From the IMG/VR virus record IMGVR_UViG_3300024503_000485, positions 124,001 to 188,000 of that record: 64,000 bases of DNA; one strand, written 5' to 3'. Positions within the stretch are counted from its first letter, which is position 1; each line of letters starts with the position of its first letter. A program made the position numbers and the translations under genes. Under the pieces are notes generated by a model. It had not been told where the DNA came from, did not search any database, and worked only from the letters and a program-made list of their open reading frames with translations. Of this stretch, positions 48,122 through 58,097 are shown piece by piece.

Positions 48122-49029
48122 AAGTTATTGAATTTGATGTTGTATTTTTAAGTTATGATGAACCTAATGCAGACTTGCATTATGCGGACCTGTGTAATAA
48201 AGTACCTTGGGCAAAACGTATTCACGGTGTTAAAGGTTCAGACCATGCACATAAAGCCGCAGCAGAAAGTAGTGACACTGATTGGTTTGTTACCGTCGAT
48301 GCTGACAATATTGTAGATCCAAGATTTTTTAATCTCGATTTAAAAATGGATGATCCAAAGATACAGGTCTATGGATGGTGTGGCCGCAACGTTATCAATG
48401 GACTACGATATGGTAATGGTGGTTTAAAAATCTGGAAAAAAGATTTTGTTCTTAACATGAAAACACATGAAAATTCTGATAGCGATAGAGGACAAGTTGA
48501 TTTTTGCTGGGAAGATGGATACAAAAACTTTCCTTTAAGTTTTAGTGATAGCATTATTACAGGAAGTCCATTTCAAGCATGGAGAGCAGGATTCCGTGAA
48601 GGTGTTAAAATGACGTTGCTCGACGGAGTCAAAGTTCCTCCGGCTGAAATACAAGAACGCATTTGGTGGCATAACATTCATAGACTGCGTATGTGGTCTA
48701 CGGTAGGCGCTCACGAAGAAAACGGTCTATATGCTGTATACGGTGCTAGACTAGGAACATGGATGGCTAATTGCACAGACTGGAATTATATAGAAGTTAG
48801 AGATTTTGAAATTCTTAGAGGAATCTGGAATCAATATGGACGTCCCTACGAAGAAGTAAACGGTGAAGGATTAGTTGATGCAACAAAGGACCTAGGTGAA
48901 AAAATTAAAGTTGGTTTAGGTTTGCACTGGCCTTATTTAGATCCTAACCAAAGCAAGTACACACTAGATTTATATAATGAAACTATGAATTTAAACGATA
49001 CTTATTTTAGAATGCCCGAAAATGTATGA
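48118..49029 (+). CDS. GT-A (family 2-like) glycosyltransferase
   Basis: FDVVFLSYDEPNAD, WFVTVDADN (DxD), AWRAGFREGVKM motifs. Confidence 0.75.
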   Translation: MKVIEFDVVFLSYDEPNADLHYADLCNKVPWAKRIHGVKGSDHAHKAAAESSDTDWFVTVDADNIVDPRFFNLDLKMDDPKIQVYGWCGRNVINGLRYGNGGLKIWKKDFVLNMKTHENSDSDRGQVDFCWEDGYKNFPLSFSDSIITGSPFQAWRAGFREGVKMTLLDGVKVPPAEIQERIWWHNIHRLRMWSTVGAHEENGLYAVYGARLGTWMANCTDWNYIEVRDFEILRGIWNQYGRPYEEVNGEGLVDATKDLGEKIKVGLGLHWPYLDPNQSKYTLDLYNETMNLNDTYFRMPENV

Positions 49030-51289
49030 TATTTTTTATGTTTCAAAAAATTCCATTAACGACTATAACTGGAACTCAGTCAAGTCAAAATATCCCACAG
49101 CTAGAAAATTTGAAAACATAAATTCTTTTGATCAATTAAAAAAACAAGCATTTACTAAAATGTTTTGGGTTGTGTGGGACGACCTTACCTTATTAGACAA
49201 TCTTAATTTAAACACATACAGAGCTACCCAGTGGGACGATATGTATGTTCATGTATTTAAAAATAGTGATCATTACGACGGAGTTTGTTTATTTCCTAAG
49301 TCAGTTACAATTTCTCAAAGAGAATTTGATAATCGGTTTTTTACAGATAAAAAAGAAATAGATATTGTTGCTAGTATTCCACTAGGATATGATAAATTTA
49401 ATATTACAACTTACGATGATTATCTAAACGCTGTTGAACAATCAAGTACAGACATGTTTTGGGCAATTTGGCCTGATGTAAATGTCAAAGAAGATTTTAA
49501 ATTTAATTATAAAGTTCCTAAGCATAATTCTAATATTGTTCATATTTTTAAAAATGGAGAATTTTTTGACGGCATTTGCTTATTTCCAAAAAATGTAAAA
49601 GTTTCTAAGAGAGAATTTTATCATAGATTTTTTGCAGAAAAAAAAGAAATAGATATTGTTGCTAGTATTCCAAAACAATACAACATCTATTCTCCTAAAA
49701 CATTTGATGAGTATAAACAAATTACAGACGATATGTTTTGGATTGTGTGGCCTGAGGTAAAAATTATTAACAATGAAATTTTTGATTTATATTTTAGCCA
49801 TCACAATACCTATGACAGAAGAGAAAATCATGTTTTTAAAAATTTGTGTAATTACGACGAATCTTACCTAAGCGGAATTTTGTTATGCAGCAAATTTAAA
49901 CCTTTAACACAAGAAGAGTTTGATAAACAATATCCTACTGATAAAAAAGAATATAATATAATCGCTAGTAAATTTCAATATCCTATATATACAATCACAT
50001 CTTACGAGCAATATTTAGATATATGTAAAACTGAATCTCAAAATATGTTTTGGTGTGTATGGCCAGAAATTAAAATATTAGATGATAAACTATTTGATTT
50101 GTATTTTGATCCAAATAGTGGGGCATTTGATTATGATAGAAAAGAAAATCATGTTTTTAAAAATTTATGTAACGACAAAGAATCTTTTCTAAACGGTGTA
50201 GTATTATTTTCTAAAGAAAAAATCATATCTAAAAAAGAATTTAATAGAAGATTTTTAATTGATAAAAAAGAACATAATTTTGTAGCAAGTCGTTATGCGT
50301 ATCCTGTTTACAATATTGATACTTATGACGATTACAAACAAATTATAGACACCGAATCTCAACCTTTATTCTGGGCAATTTGGCCTGAAATAGAAATTAT
50401 TGATTCTGAAATTTTTAATTTATATTTTGAACCTAATAATGGCGTATATGATTATGATAGAAATATCAATCATGTATTTCAGCATAAATTTAGAAACGAA
50501 TTAACATATAACGGATTGATGTTAATGTCTACATCAACGCCAGTTAGTCCTAAAGAAATTGATTTTAGGTTTTTAATTAATAAAAAACAATATGAACAAG
50601 TTGTTTCTAAGCATAAAGACTATGATATAATATTTGTAAGTTATAACGAACCTAATGCTGAAGAAAATTATAATAAACTAATTAACAAATTTCCAAGAGC
50701 TAAACGAGTACATGGTGTTAAAGGTATTCATCAAGCGCATATAAAGGCAGCTGAACTTGCCACAACAGACATGTTCTGGGTTGTTGATGCCGATGCACAT
50801 ATAATAGATGATTTTAATTTTAATCATCAGGCAACGCGATACGAAAAAGATGTTGTTCATGTGTGGAGAAGTAAAAATCCAATAAATGATTTAATATATG
50901 GTTATGGTGGAGTAAAACTATTACCAAGAAAATTAACATTAGATATGGATGTAAATACAGCCGACATGACAACATCGATTAGTAAAAAATTTAAAGCAAT
51001 GCCGGAAGTCAGTAATATATCTGCATTCAATACAGATCCTTTTAATACTTGGAAATCGGCATTTAGAGAATGTGTAAAACTTTCTAGTAGAACAATTGCT
51101 GGACAAGTTGATGAGGAAACACAAAAGAGATTAGACATATGGTGTTCTGTAGCAAAAGACAAATTTGCTAATGATGCACTTAGCGGTGCAATTGCAGGAC
51201 GTAAGTACGGAGAAGAAAATAAAAACAATCCAGAAGCCCTTGCAAAAATTAATGATTTTGATTGGTTAAAAACACAATATGGAATTTAA
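49022..51289 (+). CDS. Glycosyltransferase-like protein with five degenerate tandem modules and one intact C-terminal GT-A domain
   Basis: Repeated FWxxW(D/P)(D/E) modules; final domain has MFWVVDAD and TWKSAFRECVKL, like 48118..49029. Confidence 0.75.
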   Translation: MYDIFYVSKNSINDYNWNSVKSKYPTARKFENINSFDQLKKQAFTKMFWVVWDDLTLLDNLNLNTYRATQWDDMYVHVFKNSDHYDGVCLFPKSVTISQREFDNRFFTDKKEIDIVASIPLGYDKFNITTYDDYLNAVEQSSTDMFWAIWPDVNVKEDFKFNYKVPKHNSNIVHIFKNGEFFDGICLFPKNVKVSKREFYHRFFAEKKEIDIVASIPKQYNIYSPKTFDEYKQITDDMFWIVWPEVKIINNEIFDLYFSHHNTYDRRENHVFKNLCNYDESYLSGILLCSKFKPLTQEEFDKQYPTDKKEYNIIASKFQYPIYTITSYEQYLDICKTESQNMFWCVWPEIKILDDKLFDLYFDPNSGAFDYDRKENHVFKNLCNDKESFLNGVVLFSKEKIISKKEFNRRFLIDKKEHNFVASRYAYPVYNIDTYDDYKQIIDTESQPLFWAIWPEIEIIDSEIFNLYFEPNNGVYDYDRNINHVFQHKFRNELTYNGLMLMSTSTPVSPKEIDFRFLINKKQYEQVVSKHKDYDIIFVSYNEPNAEENYNKLINKFPRAKRVHGVKGIHQAHIKAAELATTDMFWVVDADAHIIDDFNFNHQATRYEKDVVHVWRSKNPINDLIYGYGGVKLLPRKLTLDMDVNTADMTTSISKKFKAMPEVSNISAFNTDPFNTWKSAFRECVKLSSRTIAGQVDEETQKRLDIWCSVAKDKFANDALSGAIAGRKYGEENKNNPEALAKINDFDWLKTQYGI
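49350..50166 (+). repeat. Intragenic direct repeats: 32 bp (49350-49381 = 49641-49672) and 24 bp (49822-49845 = 50143-50166)
   Basis: Exact matches read from the sequence; periods of 291 and 321 nt are in frame. Confidence 0.85.
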
Positions 51290-52697
51290 TAGAAATATAA
51301 AAGGTAATGAACTTAGAAAGATTGATGGAAAATATCAGTCTCGATATCTATTAGATGCAGAATTTGTTCATAAGGAATTAAACGAAGTAAGTCCAAGTTT
51401 TTGTTTGGCCAAATGGTTTAATGTTAGTATACACATTCCGTCTGGAAGAACACATAGTTGTTATCATCCTAGAAGTCATGCAATTCCATTAGATGAAGTA
51501 AAGATCGATGTTAGTGCATTGCATAATACAAAATATAAAAAATCTCAACGTGCATTGATGTTACAGGGTATACGACCTAAAGAATGCGAATTTTGTTGGC
51601 AAATTGAAGATAGCGGAAACCAACTAAGCGATCGAGCATATCGAAGCAAAGATGTATGGGAACCAGGGTTAATTGATGAAGCATTAGAGCTTGGTTACGA
51701 GGGAAATGCTAAACCAAGATATGTTGAAGTAAATTTTAATCAAGCATGTAATTTTAAATGTAGTTATTGTAGCCCTCATCTTAGCACAGCATGGTATGAT
51801 GAAATTAAAAAAGAAGGCCCGTACCTTTTAACTGACCGTGTGCATAATGATATTCTATGGATTCAAAACGAATCACCAATCGACAATAGTCCTGAAAATC
51901 CTTATGTAAAAGCATTCTGGGAATGGCTTCCAGAAATTTATCCAACCTTACAAACATTCCGCATGACTGGCGGAGAACCGCTTATGGATAAAAATACCTT
52001 TAGGATGTTTGAATATGTAAAAAATAATCCTAAAAGTGATCTTCATTTAAGTATTACAAGTAATTGCTGTCCTCCAAAAGACCAATGGTCAAAATTTATG
52101 TCTAGTTTAAAAGAAATTACAGATGCAGAGGCTGTTGATCATTTTATGTTATTTTGTAGTTTAGATAGTTGGGGTAAGCAAGCAGAATATATACGTAATG
52201 GAATGGATTTTGAAATGTTAAAGGCAAACGTCACTGACTATCTTGCAAATAGTCAGAAACATTCACTTACTTTTATCATAACATTTAATGCTTTGAGTTA
52301 TACTCGTATTGTTGAATATTTGCAGAACATTATTAAATTGAGAAGAAAATTTAGTAAACGTAGACAACTAATTTGGTTTGATATCCCTCCGCTCCATGAT
52401 CCAGATTTTTTAAATCCCAAAGTAATGCCAGAAATGGTAACAGAACTTAAATTGGCATTAAAATATATGTTAGAAAATAAAGAAGGTCGTGGTAATCAGT
52501 TTATGGGATTTAGCGACTTTGAAGTGAGTAAAGTTCGAAGATTAATTGATTGGATTGAATCAGATACAGGATTTGACAAAGATAAAGCTATGAAAAATTT
52601 TTATGAATTTTTCTCAGAACACGATAGAAGACGAAATACAAATTTTTTAAATACATTTCCTGAACTAACAGATTTTTGGAATAGGTGTAAAGAATAA
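51279..52697 (+). CDS. Radical SAM protein with N-terminal Cys-rich auxiliary (twitch/SPASM-like) domain
   Basis: CNFKCSYC; TGGEPL; N-terminal FCLAKW...HSCYH...CEFCW. Confidence 0.9.
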   Translation: MEFNRNIKGNELRKIDGKYQSRYLLDAEFVHKELNEVSPSFCLAKWFNVSIHIPSGRTHSCYHPRSHAIPLDEVKIDVSALHNTKYKKSQRALMLQGIRPKECEFCWQIEDSGNQLSDRAYRSKDVWEPGLIDEALELGYEGNAKPRYVEVNFNQACNFKCSYCSPHLSTAWYDEIKKEGPYLLTDRVHNDILWIQNESPIDNSPENPYVKAFWEWLPEIYPTLQTFRMTGGEPLMDKNTFRMFEYVKNNPKSDLHLSITSNCCPPKDQWSKFMSSLKEITDAEAVDHFMLFCSLDSWGKQAEYIRNGMDFEMLKANVTDYLANSQKHSLTFIITFNALSYTRIVEYLQNIIKLRRKFSKRRQLIWFDIPPLHDPDFLNPKVMPEMVTELKLALKYMLENKEGRGNQFMGFSDFEVSKVRRLIDWIESDTGFDKDKAMKNFYEFFSEHDRRRNTNFLNTFPELTDFWNRCKE

Positions 52698-54064
52698 TGG
52701 ATGATAGAGTAAATTATATTAAAGGTGTTAGAGATCGTTTAAACAAAATAGGTCCAGGTTTTTGTGCAATGAAATGGTTGCATCAAACTTTGTATCTTCA
52801 CACCGGTGATAACCATAGTTGTTACCATCCTCGTCCTCATCACATTCCATTAGATGAAATTAAAATAGATGCAAGTGCTTTACACAATACTAAATGGAAA
52901 AAACAACAACGTAAAAAAATGTTAGAAGGTGAAAGACCAGAAGAATGTTATTATTGTTGGAATATTGAAGACTTGCCGGGAGAGCATATAAGTGATCGAA
53001 TGATTCATAGTTCTAGCGATTTTTCAGAACCTTACATAGAAAAATTAGCAGAATTACCATGGGACGCTCCGGTAAACCCACGCTATCTAGAAGTAAGTTT
53101 TGGTAACGGATGCAACTATCGCTGTGGTTATTGTTGCCCACAGGCTAGTACTATGTGGATGGAAGAGATCAAGAAACACGGTAATTATGATTTAACTTAT
53201 AATCAATATGGTATTGAGTTTTTAAAAAATGGAACATATTATGGGCCTAAAGATGAAAACCCTTACATCGAAGCATTCTGGAAGTGGTGGCCAAGTTTAC
53301 GTAATGATTTACATACTTTACGTATTACAGGCGGTGAACCATTAATGAATCCTGGTGCTATGCAGTTTTTTGATTTACTAGAAGATGAGCCAGCTCCCCA
53401 TTTAGAGATTACACTTAATAGTAATCTTGGAGTAACTTTTGATCGAGTTGATCGATTAATAGCTCGAGTAAAAAGTTTAATAGAACAGAAAAAAATTAGA
53501 AAGTTTAGTTTCTTTACTAGCATTGATAGCTGGGGAGAACAAGCAGAATATATGCGTACAGGATTAAAATGTGATCACTGGGAACGCAATATGAAAGAAG
53601 TAATTAAAGCCGGTGCAACGGTAAATCTAATGTGTACTTATAACGTATTATGTGTAACTAATTTTCAAAAGTTATTACACAAAGTTATCGAATGGAGAAA
53701 AGAATACGGCAAGGAAGCTGTATCTTTTGATACACCATATTTAAAAGAACCGCCACACTGGATGATTAATATTTTGCCTGAAGAATTTATTAAACATCAA
53801 GAAGACACTTTAAAATTTATTGAAGATAATATGGATTGGTTTACAGGCGTCGAATACGAAAAGTTTAAACGTGTAACAGATTACATGAAAGAAAATCCAG
53901 TTAGCGATTTAAAAATTCTTCAAGGAAGAAGAGATTTTTATAGTTTCTTTTCTGAAAATGATAGAAGATTAGGAACTAATTTATTAGAGGTTTTTCCAGA
54001 GTATAGTAACTTTTATAACTTATGTAAAAACATTTACGAAAATTATGATAACAGAAACAAATAA
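52697..54064 (+). CDS. Radical SAM protein, close paralogue of the previous gene
   Basis: CNYRCGYC; TGGEPL; N-terminal FCAMKW...HSCYH...CYYCW. Confidence 0.9.
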   Translation: MDDRVNYIKGVRDRLNKIGPGFCAMKWLHQTLYLHTGDNHSCYHPRPHHIPLDEIKIDASALHNTKWKKQQRKKMLEGERPEECYYCWNIEDLPGEHISDRMIHSSSDFSEPYIEKLAELPWDAPVNPRYLEVSFGNGCNYRCGYCCPQASTMWMEEIKKHGNYDLTYNQYGIEFLKNGTYYGPKDENPYIEAFWKWWPSLRNDLHTLRITGGEPLMNPGAMQFFDLLEDEPAPHLEITLNSNLGVTFDRVDRLIARVKSLIEQKKIRKFSFFTSIDSWGEQAEYMRTGLKCDHWERNMKEVIKAGATVNLMCTYNVLCVTNFQKLLHKVIEWRKEYGKEAVSFDTPYLKEPPHWMINILPEEFIKHQEDTLKFIEDNMDWFTGVEYEKFKRVTDYMKENPVSDLKILQGRRDFYSFFSENDRRLGTNLLEVFPEYSNFYNLCKNIYENYDNRNK

Positions 54065-55268
54065 AAATTCTTGGTGTGTTAATGCGTTCCATGGAATGAG
54101 CGCAAATAACAACGGAAGTTCTAAAATGTGTTGTATGATTATTGAAGAATACAACAGAATGAAAGAATTACAACCAATTTATTTTGTAGACAAAATGTCT
54201 ATCGAACAAAATTTTAATAATCCTGTAGCAATACAAATTCGAAAAGATTTAGAAAACGGAATAAGAAATTATGCCTGCAAAAATTGTTGGGAAGAAGAAA
54301 ATGCTGGACGTAAAAGTAAGCGTCTTCGAGATAATGAAATATATTTTAGATCGATAGAAAGGGGAGAAAAACCATTTACCGGTCTTGCTAAGTTTGAATT
54401 AAATCTAGGAAATAATTGTAACATAAAGTGTAGAACCTGTGCTCCTCAGATTAGTTCAACATGGATGAAAGAAGATTACGATCTGCATCATTCAAAAATT
54501 TCTTATAAAGAATATGCAGAAATGATGAGAGTGTTTCATCAGAGCTACGACGACGAAAGTGTTTTCTGGGAAGATTTAAAAAATAATTTAGTCAATATTA
54601 GACAATTTGATTTTTATGGCGGCGAACCGTTTTTAAGTAAAAAGATGTGGGAAATTCTAAGTATATGTGTTGACAAAGGATATGCTAAAGATATTGAATT
54701 GCATTATAATACTAACGGTACAACTTGGCCAGAAGATAAAATTTCTATGTTTAAACATTTTAAAGGTGTTAATTTATCTTTTAGTATTGACGGTATAGAA
54801 GAACAATTTGAATATATGAGATTTCCAGCAAAATGGAATGAAGTATTAGAAAATATGAATAAGGCAAAAGAGCTTGCTAATAGTTTAAAAACTCTTAAAA
54901 TTAGTTGGTGCATTACTTTAAGTACACTGAACATATATGACTTACCTAAAACAATAAATTTTTATTACGATCATTTTTCTAGTTTTGGTTTTTATCTAAA
55001 TTTAGTTCACGGACCCCGACATTATAATATTTCAACTCTCCCAACAGATATTAAAGAAAAAATTATTCAACATATTAATGATGTTGTGCCTAAGACGCAG
55101 AATCAAGCATGGATGTATCTAGATGGCATTTTAAATTTTATAAAAAACGGACACTACGAGCCTTCAAGTTTTACTTCTCTAAAGGAAGTAACAAAAAAAC
55201 ACGATCAATATCGAGGACAAGAATTTAATAAAGTTTTTCCTGACTATTCAAAAATTATAGGTATGTAA
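54045..55268 (+). CDS. Radical SAM protein with N-terminal auxiliary Cys cluster
   Basis: CNIKCRTC; YGGEPF; N-terminal WCV...MCC...CKNCW. Confidence 0.9.
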   Translation: MITETNKNSWCVNAFHGMSANNNGSSKMCCMIIEEYNRMKELQPIYFVDKMSIEQNFNNPVAIQIRKDLENGIRNYACKNCWEEENAGRKSKRLRDNEIYFRSIERGEKPFTGLAKFELNLGNNCNIKCRTCAPQISSTWMKEDYDLHHSKISYKEYAEMMRVFHQSYDDESVFWEDLKNNLVNIRQFDFYGGEPFLSKKMWEILSICVDKGYAKDIELHYNTNGTTWPEDKISMFKHFKGVNLSFSIDGIEEQFEYMRFPAKWNEVLENMNKAKELANSLKTLKISWCITLSTLNIYDLPKTINFYYDHFSSFGFYLNLVHGPRHYNISTLPTDIKEKIIQHINDVVPKTQNQAWMYLDGILNFIKNGHYEPSSFTSLKEVTKKHDQYRGQEFNKVFPDYSKIIGM

Positions 55269-55270
55269 AA

Positions 55271-56536
55271 ATGAGTTTTTGGAATTTTAATGAATTAATA
55301 CAAGTACATATTGAACTTACAAATCATTGTAATGCTGCTTGTCCTATGTGCGTAAGATTTTATAATTCTTCAGAGTTAATTAGACCAGATTTAAATTTAA
55401 GTCAAATTTCTTTAGAAGATTTTAAAAAATGGTTCCCTCAAGAAGTATTAGATAGAGTTAAACTTTGGTTATTCTGTGGCGTTCATGGAGATCCGTGTAT
55501 GGCTAAAGATTTTTATGAAATATGCGAGTACATCATTAATAATAGTCCTGGGGTCATAGCTGTGCATACAAATGGCGGCATGAGAAATCCTGAATGGTGG
55601 GCAAAATTAGGTAATCTTTTTGCAAAAGGAAAAGCATCAAATCAATATAGGCTTACTTTTTCCATTGACGGGTTAGAAGATACAAATCACATTTATCGAA
55701 GAAACGTTAAATGGGATAAACTTATAGCAAATGCACAAGCATTTATTGATGCGGGTGGGAGAGCTCTTTGGGACTTTTTAATTTTTAAACACAACGAGCA
55801 TCAACTAGATACTGCAAAAAAATTATCTGAGGATATGGGATTTACTGAATTTGTTCCTAAAAAAGCATTAGGCGTTGATAATGGAACAGAATTAATATAT
55901 ATGGTAGCTCTTAATAAAGAAGGACAATTAGATTACTATATTGAAGCTCCTACAAATCCCAAAAATAGAAATTTAGAAAATCCAACAGGAATCCAACCTT
56001 TAAAATTTTATCCTTTTTCAAAAGATGATTATAATAAGATGAAAGAAAATTCAGAATTTAAAAATTCTTATTATAAAAGAACAGAAGAAATTGTTGATAT
56101 AATAGCAAGTTCTAAATATGACGAACACGACTCGTGTAATATTAAGTGTAAATCGCATATTGATGATGGGTATAAACGTGGAAAAGAAATTTTTGTCGAT
56201 AGTGCTGGTAACGTTATGCCTTGTTGTTATATTGGAACACATTTAAATGGAATTTATTCTGATCCTCCAAGTATGCAACTTGTTCGTAATTTAAATAATT
56301 ATGGACCAGAAAAACTTAATTTAAATAACCATTCTTTAGAAGAAATTTTATCAGCGGAGCATTTAGATAGATTATATGCAGACACATGGGATAAAACAAC
56401 AAAAGAAGGAAAACTTGTTTATTGTTCTAAAACCTGCGGAACATTTTCATCTATAGATAAAATTTTTACACATGAAATTGTTTTAAAAAATAGAAAAAAA
56501 AGATATTTAGAATCACAAAAACCAAATGAAAGTTGA
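55271..56536 (+). CDS. Radical SAM protein with C-terminal SPASM/twitch-like domain
   Basis: CNAACPMC; GDPC; C-terminal CKS...GNVMPCC...CSKTC. Confidence 0.9.
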   Translation: MSFWNFNELIQVHIELTNHCNAACPMCVRFYNSSELIRPDLNLSQISLEDFKKWFPQEVLDRVKLWLFCGVHGDPCMAKDFYEICEYIINNSPGVIAVHTNGGMRNPEWWAKLGNLFAKGKASNQYRLTFSIDGLEDTNHIYRRNVKWDKLIANAQAFIDAGGRALWDFLIFKHNEHQLDTAKKLSEDMGFTEFVPKKALGVDNGTELIYMVALNKEGQLDYYIEAPTNPKNRNLENPTGIQPLKFYPFSKDDYNKMKENSEFKNSYYKRTEEIVDIIASSKYDEHDSCNIKCKSHIDDGYKRGKEIFVDSAGNVMPCCYIGTHLNGIYSDPPSMQLVRNLNNYGPEKLNLNNHSLEEILSAEHLDRLYADTWDKTTKEGKLVYCSKTCGTFSSIDKIFTHEIVLKNRKKRYLESQKPNES

Positions 56537-58097
56537 TGTATTATACTCCGGACAATTAAGATATGCTGAGGCATGTTCTCGACAAAAAGAATTTTTTAAA
56601 AATACTGAGTGTCGAAATGTTTTTAGTTTATTAGACATCGTACAAGATTCTCATGCAAAAATGGCATTACGATCTTCCTACATGTTTGATGCTGACAAAG
56701 ATTTTCGATATGCTTTAAATTATATTACAGAACAATTGAATCCAGAGGTCACTGCTGTATATTCAAAATATCAAATTTCTGAATGGTTTCAAAATGCATA
56801 TGGGGAAATAGATACCTATAAAGTCTATTATATTCAACACTTATATACATTCATCGAAGGATTAAAACAAACTAAAAATGATGTTGTTGTTTCAATAACA
56901 ACAGATTTAATATTAGAAGGAGATTTAAATTCTTTTCTTATTGGAGTAGATTTAGAAACTCCTCAGGTTTATTGTCATTATAAAAATTTATTAATTCCGC
57001 ATGTTATTATTTTAAACAATAAGGCAAGAGAAATAATTCTTAATAAAAGCAGTGAGTTTTTATCTACATTTTTTACAACAAATCCTCCAGAAACTTGGTT
57101 CAAGGCTGAAACACTTTGGGAAAAACTTTTTGAATATTGTGGAATAAAAATTAAAATATTAAAGACAATACATCAATGTAAGGTAAGACCCACAATGGTT
57201 ATTACAGATTTAAAAAAATCTATTAATCAATTGAGTATTATGTTTGAAAATTGGAGAAAGTATAAAGATACCGCAAGTAAACAATCTAAATTTAAATTTG
57301 ATAAAAAATTAATATCAAGGATTGTTGCTTATGGATGTAGTTATACAGCAGGAGATGAATTTTTAGATACTTTATATCGAGCCGATGCGGAAGAAATTAA
57401 AAAACGAAACATTAGAGAATGGTTTGATCTTAAAGTTAATTTTGATAAAAATTTAATTGCAACCATTAATGAAAAACAAAGAAATATGGCTTGGCCTGCA
57501 ATCTTAGCAAATAGATTATCGATGTTAATTGATAATAGAGCTAAAGCAGGAAATTCATTAGCAAATATAGTTTGGCAAATTGAAAAAGATTTTGCCAACG
57601 GAGATATTACTGAAAAAGATTTAATAATTGTTGGATTAACATCATACGAAAGAAATATATATTTTTCACATAAAGAACCAGTTTCGGTTCTGATGCATAT
57701 GAGAGAAAATTTTCCAAAACAATTTCAAAAGTATCAAGGACCAATTGCGGATTTTAATAATTCTATGTTTATGTATTATTTTTATTACTTGTGTCTTTCA
57801 CGACTAATACAATTATCATCAAACCATTTAAAAGGAAGATTGTTAATTGTTCCGTGTATTAACGACGACAATTATAAAAATTTTGATCCTGTGTTAGAAA
57901 AATACTTTCAAACAGATATTTTAAATTTTAGAGATGAATGTTTAAACAGCGAGTATTTTATTACTGATAAAAATCTTTATGATTTTGTTGAACTGCAAGA
58001 GGATGATATTCATGCTGGTGGCCATCCAAAACAAATCGTGCATGAAAGATTTGTTGACCACTTACTAGAGATTTTTCCAACTAAAGAAATTTCTTAG
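56526..58097 (+). CDS. Two-domain protein: putative glycosyltransferase-like N-terminus plus SGNH/GDSL-like hydrolase/acyltransferase C-terminus
   Basis: N-terminal YSGQLR motif; C-terminal IVAYGCSYTAG (block I, GCS for GDS), AGNS, and terminal GHP. Confidence 0.6.
   Translation: MKVDVLYSGQLRYAEACSRQKEFFKNTECRNVFSLLDIVQDSHAKMALRSSYMFDADKDFRYALNYITEQLNPEVTAVYSKYQISEWFQNAYGEIDTYKVYYIQHLYTFIEGLKQTKNDVVVSITTDLILEGDLNSFLIGVDLETPQVYCHYKNLLIPHVIILNNKAREIILNKSSEFLSTFFTTNPPETWFKAETLWEKLFEYCGIKIKILKTIHQCKVRPTMVITDLKKSINQLSIMFENWRKYKDTASKQSKFKFDKKLISRIVAYGCSYTAGDEFLDTLYRADAEEIKKRNIREWFDLKVNFDKNLIATINEKQRNMAWPAILANRLSMLIDNRAKAGNSLANIVWQIEKDFANGDITEKDLIIVGLTSYERNIYFSHKEPVSVLMHMRENFPKQFQKYQGPIADFNNSMFMYYFYYLCLSRLIQLSSNHLKGRLLIVPCINDDNYKNFDPVLEKYFQTDILNFRDECLNSEYFITDKNLYDFVELQEDDIHAGGHPKQIVHERFVDHLLEIFPTKEIS

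Noticed and set aside
49350-50166. Exact repeats as a DGR template/variable pair or CRISPR repeats
   Set aside because: Repeats are in-frame domain duplications, show no adenine-specific mismatches or regular spacers, and there is no reverse transcriptase or cas gene in the window.
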